A stretch of 64,000 bases of DNA from an uncultured Chloroflexia bacterium. Its GTDB lineage: Bacteria > Chloroflexota > Limnocylindria > Limnocylindrales > CSP1-4. Shown in pieces: positions 57,214-64,000 of the stretch. The notes under the pieces are model-generated. The model was not told the origin of the DNA and did not search any database. It saw only the letters and a program-made list of their open reading frames with translations. Location of the stretch: assembly GCA_963728635.1 (NCBI GenBank), contig CAVSKR010000001.1, positions 110,116 through 174,115 on the forward strand, written 5' to 3'. Position 1 is the first letter of the stretch, and every line of letters begins with the position of its first letter. The position numbers and the translations under genes were made by a program.

Positions 57214-57786
57214 ATGGACGACAGTGCCTCGCTCGCGACCACCGCCACGGGGCTGGCGAACGATGACGATGACCTCGCGCTGGCGGCCCGGACCGATCCG
57301 GCCGCATTCGGGCTCCTCTACGACCGGCACCGGCTCGCGGTCTACCGCTACCTCCGGACGCGGACTGCGAGCGCCGACGACGCGGCCGAGCTGACCGCGG
57401 TCGTCTTCGAACGGGCGCTGGTGGCGATGCCGCGATACCGACCATCCGGCGGCGGGATCCTCGCCTGGCTCCTGCGCATCGCCAGGAACGCCGCGATCGA
57501 CGCGAGCCGGCGCGTCTCGTCGGTCCCGCTCATCGCCGACGTTGCCGACGAGCGCGCGTCCGTCACACCCGAGGACGCGGCTCTCGTCAACGAGCGCCGC
57601 GCGCTCCTGCTCACGGCGGTGAACGGGCTGCCGGCCATCCAGCGCGAAGCCATCGTCCTCCGCTATGCCGCGCGCCTGACGGCGCGCCAGATCGGTGAGG
57701 TCCTCGGCAAGACCGACCAGGCCACGCAGAAGCTCCTCAGCCGTGCGCTCACGGCGATCAGGGAGGACTACCGTGTCGACGATTGA
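57214..57786 (+). CDS. ECF sigma factor
   Basis: AFGLLYDRH...VYRY, DAAELTAVVF, WLLRIARN, QIGEVLGKT. Confidence 0.9.
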   Translation: MDDSASLATTATGLANDDDDLALAARTDPAAFGLLYDRHRLAVYRYLRTRTASADDAAELTAVVFERALVAMPRYRPSGGGILAWLLRIARNAAIDASRRVSSVPLIADVADERASVTPEDAALVNERRALLLTAVNGLPAIQREAIVLRYAARLTARQIGEVLGKTDQATQKLLSRALTAIREDYRVDD

Positions 57787-58834
57787 CGCCCGCTGGTCGG
57801 GTCCGGCACCGGCCGGCGCGCTGGATGCAGACCTGCTCGACCTCTTTGCCGTGCAACCACCGCCGGCCGTGATCGACCGGCTCGACGAGCGCGTGGTCCG
57901 AAGCCTGCGGGCCTGGACACCTCGTGCCGTCGGCCGCTCTCGCCTCCGTCCGGGGCGCAAGGCCGGGATCGCCGGCTTGCTCGCGGCCGCCCTCGCAGTC
58001 GGGGGCGCGACCGGCAGCCTCCATGCCCTGTACCTCACCCTGTGGGGGCCGTTCGACGTCCCGTGGCACCGCGGCGTCGAACTGGGCCTGTCCGAGGTCG
58101 TCGATGGCTACCGGGTGACGCTCGATCGGGCGTATGCCGACTCGGCCCGCCTGGCCCTGGCGATCTCGGTGGTCGACGAGGACAGGCGTCCCGGGACGAC
58201 GCAGCTCATGGCGATGTCGGCGGTCGTCACCGACGAGGCGGGCGAGTATTCGGGCCTGGGCGCGAGCTCGAGCCCGGACGGTCCGTACGCCGCGGTCAAC
58301 GTCGCCTGGAAGGTCCCGCCCGCGGTGCCGCTGCCGGCCGGTCCACGAAAGTTCCATGTCGTCGTGCCTTTCATCATGGTCCGCGACGACTCGACGCCTC
58401 CGCCGGACGCCGACGGCGACGCCGACGGCGACGGATGGTGGCCCTGGCGCGAGCACGTCGGCCCATGGACGTTCGACTTCGAGCTGGACGTGGACGGTGG
58501 CACGGTCGTCACGCCGAACGCGGTCAGCGAGGTCGACGGTGCCGAGGTGACGGTGTCGCGGTTGATCGCGACGCCGAGCATCGTCCGCCTCGAGATGCAC
58601 GTCGGCGGCAACCTCCCGCCCGGGGACTGGGCGCCTGTCGGCCAGGTCCGCCACAACGGCAAGACACTCGCCTTCGTCGTCAGCTCGTTCGAGCCCGACG
58701 GTTCGATCACAGTCCTCACCGACGGAGGCGTGTCCGACGCGTCAGGCGCGTGGACGGTCACGGTGGACGAGCTGGTCGGCTCCGGCGACGTCCGGCCGGC
58801 TGGCCCGTGGGTGATCGAGTTCAGCGCACCCTAG
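57773..58834 (+). CDS. Membrane-anchored protein, probable anti-sigma factor (DUF4179-like)
   Basis: Overlaps sigma stop; one TM helix, VDGYRVTLDRAYAD, two beta-sandwich segments each ending GPW. Confidence 0.7.
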   Translation: MSTIDARWSGPAPAGALDADLLDLFAVQPPPAVIDRLDERVVRSLRAWTPRAVGRSRLRPGRKAGIAGLLAAALAVGGATGSLHALYLTLWGPFDVPWHRGVELGLSEVVDGYRVTLDRAYADSARLALAISVVDEDRRPGTTQLMAMSAVVTDEAGEYSGLGASSSPDGPYAAVNVAWKVPPAVPLPAGPRKFHVVVPFIMVRDDSTPPPDADGDADGDGWWPWREHVGPWTFDFELDVDGGTVVTPNAVSEVDGAEVTVSRLIATPSIVRLEMHVGGNLPPGDWAPVGQVRHNGKTLAFVVSSFEPDGSITVLTDGGVSDASGAWTVTVDELVGSGDVRPAGPWVIEFSAP

Positions 58835-58838
58835 GTCG

Positions 58839-59996
58839 TCATCCGATGACGTTGCGCTCGACCACGGGGCGACCCGCTGCGATTCGGTCGAAACCGAAGA
58901 TCGACAGATCGAGCGTGCGGTACCGACCGTGGACGATCAGCTCGGCGAGCGCCCGGCCCACGGCCGGGGCCTGCTGGATGCCGTGCCCACTGAAGCCGTT
59001 CGCGAAGAGCAGGTTCTCGATCTCGGGATGGCGGCCGATGATCGCGTTGTGGTCGAACGTGTTCACCTCGTAGTAGCCGGCCCACGCGTTCGTCAGCCTG
59101 ATCGCGTCGAACTCGGGGACGCGGGCGGCCAGCGCCGGCCACAGCCGCGCCTCGAACTGGTCGCGATCGACCTCGAGCGGGAGATCGGGCAGGTCCTCGT
59201 CCACTGACGGGGCGATGCCCGCGATGAACGCGCCGCCCTCCGGACGGAACCAGGCGCCGCTCGTATCGATGACGAGCGGGCGCTCGTCGGTTGAAGCCTC
59301 GGACCGGGCCTCGAACACGAACACCGAGCGTCGCCGGGCCTCCACAGGAAGGTCCACGCCGGCCATGGCGGCGACCTCGCGTGCCCACGGTCCGGCCGCG
59401 TTGACGACGGTGTCGCACCGGATGGAGCGACCGTCTGCGAGGGCGACGGCCAACACCCTCCCGCCCGACAGGCCCATGCCCGCGACGGCCCCGGTCACGA
59501 GCTCGGCGCCCAGCTCGCGCGCCCGGACGCGCAGGGCCCGGAGGAGCGCATAGCCGTCGAACCAGCCTTCGCCCGACAGCCCGAGCGATGCCAGCGCGAT
59601 GCCATCGACCGCCATCCACGGGAAGCGCGTCGCGAGCTCGCCCGGCGTGAGGAGGGCGACGTCCGCTCCTTCGCTGCGCTGGACCGCGACGTTCTCCTCG
59701 AGCGTTGCGGCGCCCCCGGGCGTGGCCAGGTACAGGTAGCCGGCCTCGTGCAACGAGACATCGACGGTTTCCCGCAGCCAGCCGAACGAGTACTGCGACA
59801 TCCTGATGTTCTCTGGCGTCGAGAACTGCTGGCGGATCGACGCCGCGGACAGGGCCGATGACGCGCGCCGAAAGGTCGGATCGCGTTCGACGATCGTGAC
59901 CCGCCCATCGAAGGCCGGGTCCTCCAGGACGGCCGACGCGACCGCGCCTCCGATGGCCCCGCCGCCGATGACGACGACCTCGTGCGAGCGCGTCAC
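58839..59996 (-). CDS. FAD-dependent oxidoreductase (DAO/FOXRED1-like)
   Basis: VIGGGAIG, ASSALSAASIRQQFS, VNAAGPWA, NGFSGHGIQQAP. Confidence 0.9.
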   Translation of the reverse strand: MTRSHEVVVIGGGAIGGAVASAVLEDPAFDGRVTIVERDPTFRRASSALSAASIRQQFSTPENIRMSQYSFGWLRETVDVSLHEAGYLYLATPGGAATLEENVAVQRSEGADVALLTPGELATRFPWMAVDGIALASLGLSGEGWFDGYALLRALRVRARELGAELVTGAVAGMGLSGGRVLAVALADGRSIRCDTVVNAAGPWAREVAAMAGVDLPVEARRRSVFVFEARSEASTDERPLVIDTSGAWFRPEGGAFIAGIAPSVDEDLPDLPLEVDRDQFEARLWPALAARVPEFDAIRLTNAWAGYYEVNTFDHNAIIGRHPEIENLLFANGFSGHGIQQAPAVGRALAELIVHGRYRTLDLSIFGFDRIAAGRPVVERNVIG

Positions 59997-60757
59997 TGTC
60001 GGTCCGTGCCGGGCGCCTCCAGTCGGGCGCGCAGCAGGTCCGTCCCTGCGGGGTCGGAGACGCGGCACGACCAGGCGGTCCCGTCGCGCCAGACGTCTGC
60101 GACGACCGTCGCGCCGGCATCGACGGCGCGGGCGTACTCGAGCCGGATCGTCCGCGGGATGGCCCTGACCGCGGCCACGCCACCCGCGCCGATGACCCCC
60201 TCGTCGAGCCAGTCGGCGTAGACCGCGTTGTTGACGTGGTCCATCGGGTCGAGCTCGTGTGGCCGGGCCTGGAACGTGGTCCGTGCCGCTGTGGCGGGAG
60301 GATCGACCAACGCGACACGCGCGAGCTGGAGGGCCGTCTCCGGAGCCCAGAAGATTCCGTCGAACTCTTGCGGCACACGGGTGGGCGACCCGCGGGCATC
60401 CAGGAGGACCCAATCGACGTGGAGCCAGGCCACGGTGGCACCCGACCCGTCGACGAAGTCGGTCCGCCGACGCGCCCACACCCGACGCCAGCCGACCACC
60501 TGGGTCGTCCCGACGAACTCGTCACCGACGCCCATCGGGCCGAGCACGGTCACCTCGGCGGCCCGCGCGAGCCAGGTCAGGCCGCGCTCGGCGTACCAGA
60601 CGCGCGTGAAACCCCGAGCGGATGAGTGGTACCAGGCGAGATCCTGGGCATAGCGCAACAAGACCGAGGTCCGGATGAGCCCGTCCGGAGCGGCCTCGTC
60701 GAAGCGGACTCGGTACGGCGCGGAGCAGGTATCCGGACGCCGCGGCTGGTCGGTCAC
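59993..60757 (-). CDS. Acyl-ACP thioesterase-like (double hotdog) protein
   Basis: YRVRFDE, LDPMDHVNNAVYADW. Confidence 0.88.
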   Translation of the reverse strand: MTDQPRRPDTCSAPYRVRFDEAAPDGLIRTSVLLRYAQDLAWYHSSARGFTRVWYAERGLTWLARAAEVTVLGPMGVGDEFVGTTQVVGWRRVWARRRTDFVDGSGATVAWLHVDWVLLDARGSPTRVPQEFDGIFWAPETALQLARVALVDPPATAARTTFQARPHELDPMDHVNNAVYADWLDEGVIGAGGVAAVRAIPRTIRLEYARAVDAGATVVADVWRDGTAWSCRVSDPAGTDLLRARLEAPGTDRQ

Positions 60758-61425
60758 CGCGCTGCCGCCAGCTCGTCGATTGTCTCGAGCGCGAGGACTG
60801 TCGTGCCGGCGCTGGGCGCGGTCGACCGCGCGAGCCGGACGGCGCACGAGCGCTCGGCATCGAACACGACGAGAGCGACCCGGAGCGCGCTGTCTTCGTC
60901 CTCGGCATGCGCGCGTGCGTCGTCGAGCTGATGAAGGACGTCTGCGCCGATGCCCCGCGCGCCCCACTTGCAGTCGTACGCCTCGGCGTCGTCATCGCGC
61001 TCCACCGTCACGTCGTACGGGTGGATCTCCGCGCGGACGCCGTCGAAGAGGATGCGCCGCTCGCGCCTGACGGCGGCAGCGCCGACTCGCCGGGCCAGCA
61101 GCCGAGCCGTCAGCTCCTCCACGATCGCGCCCCGGAACTGGCTTCGGGCGGCCTCGCCCCGTTCCGCGACCTCGGTCGACACGGCCAGCACCGTCTCGGA
61201 CCTGGCGCGCATGGCGGGGTCGACGCCCGGGCCGAACAGGGACGGGAACATCGCCATCCAGTGGGTCAGATCGGTCGATCCGCCGTTCATCACGGCACGG
61301 GCGAGGATGCGCTCGTCGTGACCGGCCGCGGCGAGGGCGTCGGCCGCCCGCGCGACGAGGGGATCCGCCTGGATGCCGGCGTACACGACGGCGCGTCCGT
61401 CGCGGGCCGCGTCCTGGAACCTCAC
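60754..61425 (-). CDS. Hypothetical protein with PD-(D/E)xK-like motif
   Basis: GAIVEEL...PYDVTV...AYDCKWG. Confidence 0.65.
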   Translation of the reverse strand: MRFQDAARDGRAVVYAGIQADPLVARAADALAAAGHDERILARAVMNGGSTDLTHWMAMFPSLFGPGVDPAMRARSETVLAVSTEVAERGEAARSQFRGAIVEELTARLLARRVGAAAVRRERRILFDGVRAEIHPYDVTVERDDDAEAYDCKWGARGIGADVLHQLDDARAHAEDEDSALRVALVVFDAERSCAVRLARSTAPSAGTTVLALETIDELAAAR

Positions 61426-61733
61426 GGTCGCTCGCCCAGCGCGAGCAGGGTCACCTGCGGAAAGGTGGACAGCCAGTCGATCGCGCGGTGTGGATCATCG
61501 ATGCCCCCGATCTCGTCGATGGCGCGCTGGATGGCGTCGTCGACCGGCGGATCGACCGCCTCGGCGCCACGCGCCGCGGCGACCGCGTCGAGCCGCTCGC
61601 GCCATGCCTCCGAAAGGTCCTGGACGTACGACCACTCGTCATCGATCTCCTCACCGAGCTCGGCGAGGGCGGCATATGCTGCGAGCGCCCGCTCGATGAC
61701 AGCCTCGATCGTGGTGTCGATGCCCTGGGTCAC
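61422..61733 (-). CDS. Small helical hypothetical protein
   Basis: Leaderless start after TACGCT; DEWSYV...DPHRAIDWLSTFP; GTGA-coupled to the next gene. Confidence 0.7.
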   Translation of the reverse strand: MTQGIDTTIEAVIERALAAYAALAELGEEIDDEWSYVQDLSEAWRERLDAVAAARGAEAVDPPVDDAIQRAIDEIGGIDDPHRAIDWLSTFPQVTLLALGERP

Positions 61734-61821
61734 GCTCGAAGCGTACGCCGCGAAGGCGTTCGCCGATCAGGGGTTCAGGGGTGGCGCGGGTCGCGGTGCC
61801 TGCGAACTGCTGTGCGGTGGG

Positions 61822-62100
61822 TCAGCGCTCGCGCGCAGCGACCGTCTGGTGGGCGGGGGCTCCAGGGCGCCCCTTTCGGGTCCGCTGCCGGTCTCCGGGC
61901 GCCTCGCGCTCCGAGCGACGCAGGAGCGTCTCGAGCCGGCGGCGCGCCCGCTCGTCCCACGCGCGTGAATACGCCTCGGTCGCATCGGTCCTGAGACGGG
62001 CCGCCTGCGCCCGCTCGCCTTCCGACTCCAGCACCGCGACGCGATCCAGTATCGCGCGGTACAGAGCGGGCAGGTCCTCGGCGGGAGAGTTTGGCTCCAT
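61822..62100 (-). CDS. Small hypothetical protein
   Basis: PAEDLPALYRAILDRVAVLE...AYSRAWD; good codon usage. Confidence 0.6.
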   Translation of the reverse strand: MEPNSPAEDLPALYRAILDRVAVLESEGERAQAARLRTDATEAYSRAWDERARRRLETLLRRSEREAPGDRQRTRKGRPGAPAHQTVAARER

Positions 62101-62180
62101 CGAGGATCACGATGGACTCCGATGGTCCGGGCTGGAATAGCCCACCGGTCCCGCCCAGCGGCCGCCGAACGGGTCAGCCG

Positions 62181-62477
62181 TCAGTCCCCGCGATGAGCCC
62201 CACTGCGGATCTCGAAGCTCCGAAAGCTCCCGGTGGCGGCTCCCCAGGTCGTCGCGACACGATCCACCTGCGCACCCGCGGGGCCACTCTCGAGCGTGTC
62301 GAGCAGGGCTTCCAGCGCGGGGCGAGGCCCCTCTGCCACACAGAGGACGGATCCGTCCGCACCGTTCGCGACCCAGCCGGTGAGCGCGAGATCCATGGCC
62401 CGCATCACGACGTGGAAGCGGAACCCCACGCCCTGGACACGGCCGTGGACCGTCGCGTCCAGCCGCTCCTGGCTCAT
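62181..62477 (-). CDS. acyP: Acylphosphatase
   Basis: VHGRVQGVGFR, TGWVAN..DGSV...AEG. Confidence 0.95.
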   Translation of the reverse strand: MSQERLDATVHGRVQGVGFRFHVVMRAMDLALTGWVANGADGSVLCVAEGPRPALEALLDTLESGPAGAQVDRVATTWGAATGSFRSFEIRSGAHRGD

Positions 62478-63691
62478 GCAGCGCGGCGGGGGCGCGGCCA
62501 GGCGAGCGCGAGGTCGTCCAGGACGAGCTCGGGAGAGACGTTCCCGGCGACGAGGACCGCGGCGTTCCCCAGCCGATCGAGGAAGCCGCCGAGCTCGTCC
62601 GGTCGCAGTCGCGCGGCGAGGGCGCCGGTGTCGTCGAGCGCCGCCACGTCACGCACGGACCGATCGAGTCCCCGCTGGCACAGCGCGAGGTCGCGCGCGA
62701 CGTCGGTCCACAACCCGATGAGCGCCTCGGCCGCGCGACGGCGCTCCGCCGCCGGGGTCCGCGCCGGGCCGACCGCTTCGAGTCCGTCCTCGCCGTCGTC
62801 GGGGTCGGGTGCCGGCTCGGGCGCCCGCCGGCGCATGCCGCGGGACCCCTTGGCGCCGCCGGGCGTTCCGGGGGCCGCGTCGCCGGACGACGACGCCGAG
62901 CCAGTGACGGCCAGGCCGGTCACGGCCGCGATGGCGGCCGACTGGGCGACGAGCGCGCGGACCGCCGCGAGGCGATCGCCCGGCCGGGCATCCGCGAGGT
63001 CGAGCAGCGATCGACCGATGGCGTCGCGATCGCGCAGAGCGTCGGGCGTCCGGACCCAGGCGAGCGCCAGCCCGGGCCGGCCGCCCGCGATGCGTGCAGC
63101 ACGGGCGGCGACCGGGGGTTCGGCGGCTCCCTGCTCGGCGAGGATCGCCTCGATGTCACGGACCCCGACCGGCCCGAGTCGGATCCGCGCGCAGCGCGAC
63201 CGGATGGTCGGGAGCAGCGGCTCCTCGGCATCGGCGCACAGGACGATCGTGGTCGCCGCCGGCGGCTCCTCGAGCGTCTTGAGCAGGGCGGCTTGCGCGT
63301 CCTCGTTCATGCGGTGCGCGGCTCCGATGATCGCCACGCGCGCGCCACCCTCCATCGGAAGCAGGGCGAGCTCGCCGATGAGGTCGCGGATGCCGCGTGC
63401 CTTGCCCGGCCCGCCGATGACCACCTGGCGCCCCGGCCCTTCCGGACCGAGGTGGTGGATGTCCGGATGGTTCCCACCGTAGGCCAACCGGCATGCCCGG
63501 CACGCCCCGCATGGCCGAGCGGCGGGATCGGGAGCCGTGCACAGGAGACCCGCGGCCAGGTCGAGCGCAAGCGTCGTCTTGCCGATCCCTGACGGGCCGA
63601 CGAGCAGCACCGCGCCCGGCGCCCCGACGCGGATCATCGCGCCGATCGCGGTGAGCGCGGCCGGATGGCCCCGGGTCCGAGCCCCGTCCAT
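62474..63691 (-). CDS. holB: DNA polymerase III delta-prime subunit
   Basis: GPSGIGKT, CGACRAC, HPDIH, ALLKTLEEPP, LLPTIRSRC. Confidence 0.92.
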   Translation of the reverse strand: MDGARTRGHPAALTAIGAMIRVGAPGAVLLVGPSGIGKTTLALDLAAGLLCTAPDPAARPCGACRACRLAYGGNHPDIHHLGPEGPGRQVVIGGPGKARGIRDLIGELALLPMEGGARVAIIGAAHRMNEDAQAALLKTLEEPPAATTIVLCADAEEPLLPTIRSRCARIRLGPVGVRDIEAILAEQGAAEPPVAARAARIAGGRPGLALAWVRTPDALRDRDAIGRSLLDLADARPGDRLAAVRALVAQSAAIAAVTGLAVTGSASSSGDAAPGTPGGAKGSRGMRRRAPEPAPDPDDGEDGLEAVGPARTPAAERRRAAEALIGLWTDVARDLALCQRGLDRSVRDVAALDDTGALAARLRPDELGGFLDRLGNAAVLVAGNVSPELVLDDLALAWPRPRRAA

Positions 63692-63702
63692 CGGGGAATG
63701 CG

Positions 63703-64000
63703 TCAGGACGCGGGCTTGGCCGTCGTGCGGCGGGTGGTCCGGCGCTTCGGCGCGCCTGCCTCCGCGGACTCCGACCCGACGGCGTCGTTCGCGGATCCGG
63801 TGGCCGCGTCGTCAGCGGCCGCGGCGGTCTTGCGGGTCGTGCGACGCTTCGGCGCGGCCGCCGCTCCGGTCTCGTCGGCCGAGCCCGCCGCCTTGCGGGT
63901 GGTCCGGCGCTTCGGCGCCGCGTCCGTGTCCGCGGCGGTGGCCGTGGTCCTGCCCGTGCCCGTCTTCGCGGTCGACGCGCGGGTGGTCCGGCGCTTCGGC
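63703..64000 (-). CDS. 3' end of a protein with four PKRRTTR repeats (possibly DNA topoisomerase I tail)
   Basis: PKRRTTRAST...APKRRTTRKAAG...APKRRTTRKTAA...APKRRTTRRTTAKPAS-stop; lies upstream of holB. Confidence 0.6.
   Translation of the reverse strand, partial: PKRRTTRASTAKTGTGRTTATAADTDAAPKRRTTRKAAGSADETGAAAAPKRRTTRKTAAAADDAATGSANDAVGSESAEAGAPKRRTTRRTTAKPAS

Noticed and set aside
58839-59996. FAD oxidoreductase as the missing HemY
   Set aside because: Motifs match the DAO/FOXRED1 family rather than the protoporphyrinogen oxidase family, and it belongs to a different operon.

Overview
High-GC (roughly 70%) bacterial chromosome segment. The gene content (auracyanin-like blue copper lipoprotein, F420-dependent Ddn-type reductase, Mca/MshB-type deacetylase, many leaderless genes) suggests Chloroflexota, possibly Limnocylindria/Ellin6529; this assignment is inference. 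It carries about 60 CDSs, tRNA-Asp(GTC) and tRNA-Arg(CCG). About seven genes are split by single frameshifts, most simply explained by long-read indel errors. Main points of interest: (1) a ~9 kb heme-biosynthesis operon (HTH regulator-hemA-hemCD-hemB-hemQ-hemL-hemE-hemH) bounded by a 22-bp direct repeat of the tRNA-Arg 3' end, i.e. an integrase-less tRNA-anchored island, with no hemY/cgoX; (2) a free-standing ~170-nt structured ncRNA candidate with its own promoter and terminator (23394-23570); (3) a highly structured ~130-nt 5' leader in front of a BtrH/papain-like protein that appears catalytically dead and has a basic N-terminal extension (28257-29802); (4) an ECF sigma/modular anti-sigma locus with two identical divergent CAAACC-N14-GGCATCT promoters and a target lipoprotein that shares a domain with the anti-sigma. 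No CRISPR array, rRNA, transposase or integrase was seen.
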